A stretch of DNA of 62,981 nucleotides, the filler included, from Dirinaria sp. TL-2023a (lineage: Eukaryota): the NCBI GenBank assembly GCA_051941275.1. It is 4 parts of 4 records of this genome, joined end to end, with 100 filler letters (N's around TTAATTAATTAA, not from the genome) between each part and the next. Parts side by side here need not be neighbours in the genome. Positions count along the whole stretch, not along the records: positions 1 to 15,694 come from JAVEBF010000533.1; positions 15,795 to 31,466 come from JAVEBF010000534.1; 2 more parts are not named here. One strand, written 5' to 3'. Of this stretch, positions 15,618 through 26,308 are shown piece by piece. The translations under genes and the position numbers were made by a program. Below the pieces are notes generated by a model. The model was not told where the DNA came from. It searched no databases and worked only from the letters and a program-made list of their open reading frames with translations. The stretch's first letter is position 1, and every line of letters begins with the position of its first letter.

Positions 15618-15694
15618 AAAATAAAATGTTGTTCGTATGTTCTCTTTCTTTATGAATTGAGTTAAATATCAAAGATTTTTTTTTTGTTTTTTTG
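14612..15694. repeat. Low-complexity contig end: several poly(A)/poly(T) tracts and a (CT)n microsatellite at ~15587-15614
   Basis: Homopolymer runs at ~14703, 14975, 15044 and 15207, plus the CT repeat, are directly visible. Confidence 0.9.
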
Positions 15695-15794
15695 NNNNNN
15701 NNNNNNNNNNNNNNNNNNNNNNNNNNNNNNNNNNNNNNTTAATTAATTAANNNNNNNNNNNNNNNNNNNNNNNNNNNNNNNNNNNNNNNNNNNN
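15695..15794. other. Artificial scaffold/contig linker
   Basis: Exactly 100 nt: N44, TTAATTAATTAA (stop codons in all six frames), N44. Confidence 0.97.
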
Positions 15795-16156
15795 GGAGGG
15801 TTTGGGACCGCGGAAGATGGATTGATGCACGGTTTCTTTCTTGATATGGGTACTTAGGAGGCGAGGGTTTTTTTTATGGATGTACTGTATGTACGACTAT
15901 GGTTGGAGATTGAAAAAGAAGGGGGAGGGATAATGGGTGTCTGAAAGGAATTGGACGCAAATAGGAGCTAAAAAGGCCTTGAAGGGGCTACTTCTGGTTA
16001 AGAAAATAGATTTCCATCGTTTTTTCGTATACTTGGTATAATCTATTCAAATATCGAAGGGGGTTCTTCCTCCTTTCCAAGGAAGCCGTAAACTCTTTTC
16101 CTTCCCAATGCAGCTATAAGAACATGCAATGTATGTTGTTTTTTTAAAAGCCATGC

Positions 16157-17809
16157 CTAATTGAAACCAGGAAATTGGAACCCTCCACCACCTTGCTGGA
16201 ACTTGAAACTCCCACCGGGGAATCCTCCTCCTCCTGGGAAGCCGCCTCCCTGCTGGAAGAAGAATTGCTGCCCACCAGACCCAGGTCCAAACGGACTGCC
16301 TTGGAAGGGTTGGCCTTGCTGGTCTTGGCTGTTGGGATCATCTCCCCGATCGAACCGGGCTCTGAGCTCCGGATCGCTGAGCACTTCATACGCCTCGTTG
16401 ATCTCGGCCATCTTCTTCTCCGCCTCTTCCTTCGGCACGCCTTGCGCGGTGGTCTTGTCCGGATGGAATTGCCTCGTCAATGATCTGTATGCCCGCTTGA
16501 TGGCGCGGTCATCGGCGTCGTTCGAGACACCGAGGACTTTGTAGTAATCTTTAGTCTTCGACCGTTTCAGGCCGATGTGAGCCTTTTGCGAGAGGAGCTG
16601 GATGTGAGATGCCGAGGGATGATGCTCCTTGGCTGTGTTGAGGGTTTGGATGGCGGCTTCGAAGGATTCTTCGTCCATCTGGCGTTGGGCGAGGGACAGG
16701 AGACCAGGGAGGGAGGTAGGATTGAGAGAGAGGGCTTCGGTGCAGTAGGGAAGAGCTTTCTTTTTGTTGTTCATCTGAGAATACAGGTTAGCGATATCCA
16801 GATTTCGGAAAACGGTTTCTATTACCTCGGTGTAGGATTCGCAGGCTAACTCCACAAGGCTGCCGTAAAGCTCGTCAGGGGAGTTTTTGTGAAGATTACC
16901 GGCAGCCTTCGCTTCCGCGATATCTTCCTTTATGTCTTTTATTAGGCCTTGGTCATCCCCAGATCCGACGAGAAGCTTCACGGCACTGTTGAACTGTCGT
17001 TTCTCTTTCAAGGCATTGACCTGCTTCATGACCTTGTCAAGTTGCTTTTCCCGCCTGAACACCCTGCTGCAGGCTTTGGAGTCCGGGTCGGAACGTAGAC
17101 ACTTTCGCATCTGCTCGATACCCTTTTCCATGTCACCAATAGAGTAGAACAGGTTCGACGATATTTGCAGATGCGGCTCTATCAATTGCGGCGATATCTG
17201 CAGCACGTGCGCCAGATCGCTGACACCTTCTAAAACCTCCCCCCGTTCGAACCGGCAGCGTGCTCGCAATTGTCGTAGAGTCAACGACGTCTTCGCTACC
17301 AGGACCGCAACACCAGCCTGACTGACACATCCTTCCCAGTCACTGGCTTTTTCAGCCTCAGCCGCCAAAACCGCCGCCCCTTGAGCTTCTTCTAATTCAG
17401 CAATCTCTGCGCCGCCGCTTTTTCCAGCTGCCTCGTAAGCTTTCCTTGCAGCAGCCCAGTCGGCATTCCTGCTCTTTATCTTCGCCCTCTGCAACAGCGC
17501 TCCCTCAAAGTCAGGCCTGATGGTCAGGACCTTGTCGAAATCTTGGCTTGCTTGGGCGTCTTTCCCTAACGAGAGATATGTTGCACCGCGTTGAAAGATG
17601 GTAAGGTAGTTCCTAGGGTCTCGTGATATGGCAACATCAAAATATGTAAGAGCGTCGTTTGCCTTGCCTTTGGCAAGGTGTGCTTTGGCAGAGGAGACAA
17701 GAGATGCGATGGGCGTATCTGGAGGTATTTCTGTTGGGGAGATAGCGTAAGTAAAGGGTAGTGAAAGGTACGTGGCCGCAAGAGCCAGTGAGGAGGACCT
17801 GATTATCAT
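16157..17809 (-). CDS. DNAJC3: ER DnaJ co-chaperone with TPR repeats (DNAJC3/P58IPK/Jem1-like)
   Basis: Signal peptide, TPR array (DALTYFDVAI, YLTIFQRGATYLSLG), J-domain KDYYKVLGV...FHPDK...INEAYEVLSDPELRARFDRGDDP; probable 51-nt in-frame intron at 16775-16825. Confidence 0.93.
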   Translation of the reverse strand: MIIRSSSLALAATYLSLPFTYAISPTEIPPDTPIASLVSSAKAHLAKGKANDALTYFDVAISRDPRNYLTIFQRGATYLSLGKDAQASQDFDKVLTIRPDFEGALLQRAKIKSRNADWAAARKAYEAAGKSGGAEIAELEEAQGAAVLAAEAEKASDWEGCVSQAGVAVLVAKTSLTLRQLRARCRFERGEVLEGVSDLAHVLQISPQLIEPHLQISSNLFYSIGDMEKGIEQMRKCLRSDPDSKACSRVFRREKQLDKVMKQVNALKEKRQFNSAVKLLVGSGDDQGLIKDIKEDIAEAKAAGNLHKNSPDELYGSLVELACESYTEVIETVFRNLDIANLYSQMNNKKKALPYCTEALSLNPTSLPGLLSLAQRQMDEESFEAAIQTLNTAKEHHPSASHIQLLSQKAHIGLKRSKTKDYYKVLGVSNDADDRAIKRAYRSLTRQFHPDKTTAQGVPKEEAEKKMAEINEAYEVLSDPELRARFDRGDDPNSQDQQGQPFQGSPFGPGSGGQQFFFQQGGGFPGGGGFPGGSFKFQQGGGGFQFPGFN

Positions 17810-18128
17810 CGTGAAGGGGGATTAGAGCGCAATGCTTTGTGGTATGTCCTAGATAAACCTCGTTGCGAGCTTGAGAACATTGAAAAGTGACAAGTGTCAA
17901 TCTTGAAGTACCTTATCCGTGTATCATACTTTACCTTACAGCCGATTGCGCGCATAGCGGATTTCTTGGCACTCACCACACTAAGGTATTCGTACCTCGG
18001 GTACAATAGGTAATACCTTCCAACGTCAAGTCATCCATCATGCGTCTTAAATTCCCCGCATGATAATCAGATTGACCTCATTTTTACATTTACCCTGGCA
18101 AAACCTCATTAGCTCCAGCTGCTAGCAT

Positions 18129-18992
18129 ATGGACCTTTTGTCAGAACCATTGCTCTCACCATCAAAAGCAAAACAGGCAGCATCCGACTCACGTGCCTGG
18201 GCCGACATCCACGCCTTCCTGGGCCCACTGTTCCATCCCGAACCAATTCCGCCCTTGGAACGAAATACAGCCACGCTTTCTGCTCTGCAGTCCCTGATAT
18301 CTCACTGCGAAGCCGTCACAGAACGAAATAGCCTTCTTGCAGCAGCACGGGCTGAAGCCTTGCAAGAGCTCACCACCCCATCCTCTGACCCTACTCTACC
18401 GATCATCAATCAAATCAACGAGTGCCTTACACCAAGCGGTTCAGGTGCACTCGATACCCTAGCCTCCCTCTCAATCGTCTTCGGCGGCACATCCACCGAG
18501 CCAGCAGCAATGGCTCAATCTCTAGTCAACCTGACCCGCTCAGAGCACGAAATCAGTCAACAGCTTCAACGCGTAGAAGTCCTGCACCAACAACTGAAAT
18601 TGGAACACGTTCGAGCTCAGGAGCTGCTCCAGAAGCTTCGCTCTGAAGAGTCACTCCAGCCGTCCGAGCCTTTGGTACAGAAGACCTCCGACTGGAACCG
18701 CGGAACGAAAGGCTTGAACATGAAGATCGGAGAGTACAAAGAGCGAGCATCGAGAATGGAGAGAGCCGGAGCAGTCAAGCCAGAGGTTGGAATACCGGAG
18801 ATCAAAGGCCAGGAGAAGGAGCTCAGGGATTTAGAGAAGAGGGTTCGGGGTTTGGAGGGTAGAGTTAGGGGGTTTGAAGGGTTGCCGCCGGATAAGGATA
18901 TGGCTTTGTTGGAGGTAGAGAGAATGCGAAGAGAACTGGAAGGCCTGGTGAGGAAGCGTGATGGGCTGTTCGAGGGACTGGTAGAAAAGTAG
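18129..18992 (+). CDS. HAUS1: HAUS augmin-like complex subunit 1-like coiled-coil protein
   Basis: SPSKAKQ...IPPLERNTATLSAL at the N-terminus and FEGLPPDKDMALLEVERMRREL at the C-terminus; single exon. Confidence 0.75.
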   Translation: MDLLSEPLLSPSKAKQAASDSRAWADIHAFLGPLFHPEPIPPLERNTATLSALQSLISHCEAVTERNSLLAAARAEALQELTTPSSDPTLPIINQINECLTPSGSGALDTLASLSIVFGGTSTEPAAMAQSLVNLTRSEHEISQQLQRVEVLHQQLKLEHVRAQELLQKLRSEESLQPSEPLVQKTSDWNRGTKGLNMKIGEYKERASRMERAGAVKPEVGIPEIKGQEKELRDLEKRVRGLEGRVRGFEGLPPDKDMALLEVERMRRELEGLVRKRDGLFEGLVEK

Positions 18993-19806
18993 TTGAAAAT
19001 TAGAAGTTGGGCTATCAGGAGTTAGACGTAGGATGATGAGCTGTCAGAGTAGTTCTTTGAGGGCGGAAGCAAATTAGTGAGCTTTCATCGACTTTCTTTC
19101 AGCATCCTTAACGCAATGGAAATATTTCCTACATTACCTTAAGAATTCGACAACCCTAGATCGAAATGAAGCATGCCATACGCAATATACCACATGAAAA
19201 TTGAGAGAAACACTACGATCTCTGCCTTGCACATTGGCAGTTCAATGGTTGGCGAGATCCATAGGTAAATCTTTGTTGTAGGAGTATGAGATGGCTATAG
19301 TCAGCAACTAGTAACAGTCGTTTCAAGGGCTGAATTTGTCCAAAAAAAAAAAAAAAAAAAAAAAAAACTAGAATCCTCCAGAGACAGGTCATCTAACAGT
19401 CATGAAGCTCAATCTAGCCTGCAGCGCCTATTCGCGGAAATGGTAGTATAGCGATGAGCATATCTTACAATTTTGACAGTACCAGAATTCCAGCAAGGAC
19501 CTTGACCATTGTCTTCGATAATGCTGTTGCAGAATCTTGCGGTACGCCCGGGTGCTTGCGACTGACCGTCTCAGCGAATACATTTAGCTACTTGTACTCG
19601 GACCCTGCTGCTCGAGTAGTGGATATCCAAGTAGTTTATCCAAATTGAGTCATAGCGGACGGGGAAGACTGGCCACAATTCTGTTACTGACTTCTAAATC
19701 ACGCCCCTTGGCGACGCTTTGCGGCGCCTGCAGTAGGCATAGACCATATTATCTGAGACCGCCATCAACCTTTCTTCAAGGCATCCGGCGGTACGCCATG
19801 AAGGTG

Positions 19807-21544
19807 TCATAGGTCGTACGTTGAATTTTCGAAAACTTTCCACCACAGTGCCATGTTAGCAGCAACCACCAAGTCAATCATATTAAGCCCTGCTTCTTCG
19901 ATAACCAGCTTGCCCAACTTGGCGTGCTTGCCGCCGAACCCGCCACCGGCACGCTCTTGCCCTAAGGAAAGATCCATCCTCTCGTCAAGTTCGACTTTCT
20001 TGCCATACGGTGAGATACTGGAGACAGCAGACTCCGAGTGAGCCCTTGAATTTCGCAAAAAGATAGATGAACGCTTGGGAACTTTGGGAGTGCCTGCGGT
20101 ATTCTGCGCTCTAGGCGGACCAAGGGCGCTTGAGCTGGGCAAGTTGAAGCGCAGCTCGCTCACAACAGCTGATGAGAAGCAAGCATTATCTGGATGCGCA
20201 AATGTATGTTTGCATTTCAAAGATCGACCTGCAATACCCGTAGAGAATTCACATACGCCATTCCAGGGGCTGTAGAACGTATGTCCTTTGGCGGTTGATG
20301 GAGGCGACTCTGGCGAACTCGGAGGTGATACCCCATCAATTCGTAAACCTTCTGTAGCCTGCTGCTGACTACGCCTCCTCATAGCAAAACTGGACCTGGA
20401 TCCGGGCACGCTAAGAGTAGAGCTAGTGAGCTTCGGCCTTTGCTGCAATGAAGGCCGCTTTCGTGATGAAGCGGTATAAAGCTGCCTTTGGAAGCAAGTT
20501 CCTGGACTGAACGTCCCATGATTGGCCACTAGAGGCTCAGATACGGAATCCACCTCGCTGTTGGCGCATGAATTTGCTGGGCTAGCACTGCAAGACCCTG
20601 CAAATTTGCTGTAACCAGGCGTATATATTGCAATCAAATCTGTACCATGGGAAGACTTCAATGGGGATCCTCCGTCGGGGATCCGTCCGTTGCGCTGCTC
20701 ATAAAATACTTTTCCGACGTTGGATTGCATACCGCCATACCGCCGAATCAGAGTAATGGATCCATTTTTGCCCGAACCAAGTGCCAAATTATCCTCAAAA
20801 TGCGGTGGTGCCTGATCTTGGTCTGACACAGTTGTTGATTCAGGTTGTGGTGGGGTTCGGGGAGGTAGTACTGGGGCACGTTCAGACCACTTTCCGGAAA
20901 AGACATCGATCCGCTTGGATTTTGGCCCCTGATCTATCTGTTCGACTTTATCTGTAGGTTGATGCATTGGACGAGGCCCGTAGAGAGGCGTCGCAATGGG
21001 CATACGGGGACTGTTTGTGTTCTCTAACCTGGCATGCGTCGCATTACAATTCTGCCGATTACCGTGCAGTGACAAGTTATTTTGAGGTGGAGCCATCCAA
21101 TTGCCATTCGGGGTTGACTGATTTGGTACTGGCAAGGGCTTTCTGTGTACATTCTTGTCCGCTTTTACATACCCCGTTGCAGCGCTTGTATTATTAAACG
21201 CTGGCGGTGTCTGATCAGTAATAGATTGGGTAGAGGGTTGTACGAGCAGCTTCTCGTCCTCTGTGCTATCAAGGTGAACGTAGTAGAGGCAACTCTCTAC
21301 ATCTTGGGCGGTGACCACCTTTTGCAGAGGCTTCAATGTGGTAAGGAACACATCTAGATTGTTGTCAGGTACACACAATCTTGCGGGGAGTGAATAGCTG
21401 ACCCTTACTCCCAGGGACTCGTACGATATAAAGCACCAAGGGCTTTTGGACGGGCAGTGAAGCGCTATTTGTTGGGTTCAAAGGGGGCTCGTCGGCAAGC
21501 TCTGATAGAGTGGACAGTGACCCTGCTTCCACGATTGGTGTCAT
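19807..21544 (-). CDS. Conserved fungal hypothetical protein, 2 exons
   Basis: LVLYIVRVPGSK, intron, then DVFLTTLKP..VTAQDVESCLYYVHL; conserved C-terminal SPWNGVCEFSTG and MDLSLGQERAGGGFGGKHAKLGKLVI..DLVVAANMALWW. Confidence 0.85.
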
Positions 21545-22077
21545 TGTAACCAAGCATGATTCCTTTCGAGCAAAGCTTTGGGTATTTTGAGAGGGCAGAG
21601 ATCCAGGCTGCAGAATATTAAAGCCGTGATGTATTGGTGCCTATTAGACGGCTAAGCCTTCGCCAAAGATGATGGTGCAAGCAATTATGGCTTTGTAGTA
21701 GAAGTGCGATGAAGCATCGAGGCGGGTGATATATCAAAGGCATGGCGCAGTGAATGCTGTATGGGGGCATTGACATGGTTGAAGCTGACCTGGTCGCCTC
21801 GGTCGCTCCGAGAGGATCGAACGTTTGTTGGCCGCTGAAATTCCGGGCCGCACGCCTTGAGCCTTCACTTCTTGATAGATAATAATATTCACATCTCAGA
21901 GTAGAAAACTTCTACGTAGAGCACGATGACTCAAATTATTAATACATATTTTGCACTAAAGCTCATAGACTGTGAGTAGGACATACTTGCTATCAGTGTG
22001 AGACGGTGGCATACTCTCAGACTATCTACAATCGAGCGTTCTCGAAGACAAGGTATTCATTATCAAAAGTTGTCGCT

Positions 22078-22523
22078 ATGGTAAATCAATTACATCCAGT
22101 CGTCTCAGATTTTCAACTCCAAATTCAAGATTCTGACTCTCAAATCAGGCCAAACGAAAAGCGAAAACTATTTCCGAGCAGAATGCAGCCATAGAACCAC
22201 AAGTCCCTCATAGCGATGATAAAGCGGACTTGCATTTGGGTACTTTTTCAAAGGTATGAATGCCAAATTATCCTAGGCTGGAACGAAGCTTTATCGTTTT
22301 TAAGGGAGGAAAAGCTTCGGAAGACCCTCAGGCCTCATCGAAAGACTTCGAAAGCTTCTACCTCCAGCAGCTCACAACCGAGTTTGCGGATGATCTCGAC
22401 CGACTTCGAAACGCCAATGACTTTAATGACAATTCAGTGCCGGTACTGATCGAGGCACTAAAACAAACGGCTAAAGTTTATACAGAGGAAGAAAAGGAGA
22501 AAGTTATGAAGTACAACCAATGA
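22078..22523 (+). CDS. RSA3: Ribosome assembly protein 3 (Rsa3) family
   Basis: ATG, intron 22081-22148, AKRKAKTISEQ.., intron 22254-22304, then DFESFYLQQLTTEFADDLDRLRNANDFNDNSVPVLIEALKQ. Confidence 0.8.
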
Positions 22524-23188
22524 CTATGCGACGTGATGGGATTACTATGATGAATCCTCTAGGACGTTAGTCTGGAGTGGTCGTTCATGTGTACATTGGA
22601 GAGCTCTTGAGAAAATGATCGATTGCAAGTATACGACGTGAGCCCACAAATCTTGATCGTCGAGTCATCAAGAATCCGCCATATCGTCAATTCAACAGTC
22701 GGTCAATCAAACTGCCTACTTTATCGTATCATCAATTGCATCGCTAAGGACTGCCCAGAAAACCGTAGGGTAATGCTCAAAAAAATGTAAATGAGAAGTT
22801 CCTGTTGTAATGAGAAAACAGTCTAGAAATCATGCAACAAACTTTGGCCAGTGATACTATGATTGTTACCTTATTTCAAGCTGAAGTACGAGTGTTCGAG
22901 TCCCAATCTTGTCCAAATTGCTACGATCATCTCAATGCTAATTTCCCTCGCGCTGATTTAAAAATGAGAAAGCTCAAAGCAAAAGAAGAAATGGAAAAAT
23001 AAATACATTTGCTTTGCAGCAGGTAGAGTTTCCAAAGATTGATAAATGGAGTTTTTTGGGCATGGCCACGGCCCTATCTGGTAAAAGGCAAGATGGGGAT
23101 TCTGCGCTAGCCTGTCCCACTCCAATACTTAAAACCCTTATTATTATATATAATTTTAGTAACAAGAAAAATGGATAATTTCTTATCA

Positions 23189-23227
23189 CACGTGCCTACG
23201 GATTTGAGACGCGTCAATCAAACGCGA
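23189..23227 (+). promoter_or_regulatory. MCB (MluI cell-cycle box) pair plus a CACGTG element upstream of SLD2
   Basis: CACGTG 23189-23194, ACGCGT 23209-23214 and ACGCGA 23222-23227, ~150 nt upstream of the SLD2 ATG. Confidence 0.6.
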
Positions 23228-23367
23228 TTGAACATCCCACTGATCATCTTTATCCAGGTTTCAATTACTAATTCTCTCCAAATATCATCACAAGTTGTAT
23301 AGCCAGCGAACACGTCCCATTTTGGAGCAAGTACGCTCAGTCCTGTGCGCAAAGCAATCGCGCAACG

Positions 23368-24948
23368 ATGTCAATTCTGGAGACCCCCCAATCCAAGACG
23401 CCGCCGCCTGAATCGCAGAGACTGCGACTCGAGTTAAAAGAATGGGAAAAAGCATTTGCCACAGCGCATGGTGGTCGCAAAGCTGGGCGCGAGGACATCA
23501 AAGAGCATCCCGAAATCGGTATGACCTGATCATCTTCTGCGAATAGGACCACTCATGTTAATGGAGCGTTAGCACATAAGTACAAGATATACAGCAAGCT
23601 TCGTGCAAATCTGGAAAATCATAATACGTCCTCTAAGCTTAAAAAACGCGATATTTCTCCCTCGCGCATTCAGCAAGCTGATCATACACCCCTCAAAGGC
23701 CAGAAGGTCTCGCAGCCAGTACATCCACGGACGCTAGATCCATGTGACTCTCCACACTCATCTCACGGTCCAGCCCCTCAACTCCGTACGTGCATTGGTC
23801 CGACCCCACAGAAAGACGGCCGGGTTCTTGGTCTCTTTGATCTTCTTTCACCTCCTATCAATAGCCACAATACTCCAACCAAAAGAACCTCGCTGAGTGT
23901 TCTCTGTCCAAATGCCTTGGAGACGCCTACCAAGCATCGACTTATCGATGGCGTAAACCAAGAGAATAGCACGGAACCAATTGTCAACAAGCCTTTAAGG
24001 TCACCCATAAGTTCCTCTAAGCGAGCGTACCTTGAAACTTTCTTGACTCCTTCAGCACGGCGTATGGTGAAACAATGTACACCTGCGTCAAAGAGCAAGC
24101 TGGATGGACTATCATCGGACGAGACTCCTATGTTTCTGCGCAGGGATAGCCAGCGAGCATGGTTAGAGCCCCAGCCTCAAAGCGGCAATATTGATGATGA
24201 AGTGGAGAAAACGATCTCTTGGAGCCCTCTCTCAGTACATAAGCGTCCTAAGCTAGCAGCGCGCGGATTAAGCATGCTTGTAAAGGGGCTCAGAGATATA
24301 GAAGATGAAAAATTGGACGAAGAGTTGGCGTTGATGAGAGAAATTGAATTTGAGGCCAATGAGCCGACGGGCTTAACAGCAACTAGAGAAAGGTCAAACC
24401 CTATGGTGGAGGATAGTCAACTTTCCGAAATGCCACTCGGGCCCGATGGGGCTGGGTCCAGTGATGAAGGACACAGTGATTTTAAGGATGAGGGCTCAGG
24501 AAGGGATGGCAAGACACTGAAGGTTTGGAAGAAGAAGGGTCAAAAGCGCACTACCAGAAAGACGAATATCAAGCCTTCAAATACGAAGTGGAAGCCGGAA
24601 CCTGAGTGGAAGGCTGATGAAGAGGCTGACGGTGCTGCGGACGAGCCGGTACTTATTGCAGAGACGCAATTTCTCAATAGAGCCGCAGTGGCAGACGCGG
24701 GTCCTCCAATGGACGAAAGGGACGACATGGCCTATCTAGAAGATGCGGCACGGAGTGAAGTGGACAACCATGAAACTGTGAATGGCAAGCTCAAAGTCTC
24801 TGATGCACCAGGGAGGCCAAGGGAAAAGGGTTTGCAGAAGGCGAAGAAGATCGGCCCCACTGCTCATGCTAATTTCCGTGCTCTCAAGATCAAGAACAAG
24901 AATTCCAAAGCCAAGCGAGGGAATAGATTTGGACGGGCCCGGCGATAG
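23368..24948 (+). CDS. SLD2: DNA replication regulator Sld2/Drc1
   Basis: LRLELKEWEKAFATAHGGRKAGREDIKEHPEI, intron, AHKYKIY; IGPTPQKDGRVLGLFDLL; many S/TP sites; WKKKGQKRTTR; HANFRALKIKNK. Confidence 0.92.
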
Positions 24949-25325
24949 AGCTCCTTGATTTTAAGAAGTATGCGATGATAGTAATAATCGTAACGCTTCA
25001 TTCGCCTGACTATTGACGCTTGTTGCGTGCTCCTGGATGTCGCCTTACTCTAGTCGTTACTGCCATTTCAGCATCGACCACTACCAGGTTTATGATTTCT
25101 CCGACATTCCTAACTCTGGAAACGGCATTCGGTGCATATCTATCGTCGTCATAAACGCTCTCGTAGCACATAGGCTTTTTGGAGTCTGATCTGATAGCAA
25201 TTGCGCACGCCCTGCGGTGGATAGTCGAATGGCGCTTAGACGCCAGTGCAATCCAGATCTCGATGTCTCGATACAGTGATCCTTTGACCTTGAGCAAGCT
25301 GGTAGAGAATATGGATTGATCGTTC

Positions 25326-26063
25326 TCATCTGGCGCCTCTTGGCTTTGCCCTGGCTAGGCCGCTACCGCGAGTCCCCCTTCCAGCACCACGTCCAAAGCC
25401 TCTTGCCGCCCCTCGCCCTTCTGTGCTTCCTCGCTTATTTGATCCAGACGCAGATCTCGATGGGGGCGCGGGGGTTGCAAATTTGCTCGCAGATTTCGTG
25501 GAGGATGGGTTCTCGACGAAAGATGTATCTGTGGTCCTAGATAGGCGCTCGTCAGGCTTAATTGCATCCCCAAGAGCCCATGGTATCTCACATAAAAGTA
25601 GTTTCTGCGTCCATCTCCTGGCGATTGCCTCCTAGATCTGTGCCTGGATGCTCACTATGGGGTCTGGGCCGCTTAAAAGAATCTGGTATCGGTGCCTGGG
25701 TCTGGTTAAACGGCCGCCAATGTAGCACAGATAGATGTTGCAAACCTCTGGGAAGTCGACGCAGAATGCGTTCATGTTCATGCCGTACAAGAAGCTCGCA
25801 AAGCTCTCGTTGAAGCGTGACAGGCTCTCGTGCATCAACTGCAAATGCATGAAGTTCGCCTCCAGATCTGCCATTGAGTCAGATAACTCTGCGAAAGCAG
25901 GCTCCAGAGCTTCGAGAGGGAATTCGGAGGAGGTATTGTTGGTTGTGAAGACCTGGCCATCTCGTAGCGAGGTTCGTGAGCTCGGGCGCAAAGGCGTGGT
26001 TGGCCGCGACGAGGGTCTGTTGCGCGATTGAGAGGCCGAGCGTTTGTTTCCACTGCTGTCCAT
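25326..26063 (-). CDS. DAM1: DASH/Dam1 kinetochore complex subunit Dam1, spliced
   Basis: LEPAFAELSDSMADLEANFMHLQLMHESLSRFNESFASFLYGMNMNAFCVDFPE; basic tail ending RGTRGSGLARAKPRGAR*. Confidence 0.92.
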
Positions 26064-26308
26064 GGCTTCAATTGATCAAAGTATGGAGGTTTGGTAACTG
26101 GTGTTTGAAATAAACATACCTTAGCATTTACATCCCGCGAGACCTAATCGCGCTTACAGATCGTCGCCCCGCCGTCCAACGCGCTCTCGAGATGACGCCC
26201 TTTCGGGAAGCCGAGGATGCTTCACTACCTAAGAGTCATCATCATTTCGGCTTACAGATCCCTCGGAAAAGCCCTCAGTTGAAGCCGAGTCCTTACCTCT
26301 AATCTTCC

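Noticed and set aside
15739..15750. TTAATTAATTAA palindrome repeated three times, as a biological site
   Set aside because: Always centred in 100-nt N gaps, so it is an assembly linker.
19433..19500. tRNA-Gly-like 5' sequence (tggtagtatagcgatgagcata)
   Set aside because: No anticodon arm, T-loop or acceptor pairing downstream.
22838..22914. tRNA-Leu(CAA)-like pieces (tggcc..ttcaagc..gttcgagtccc)
   Set aside because: The T-stem and acceptor stem do not pair; chance similarity or an unrecognisable relic.
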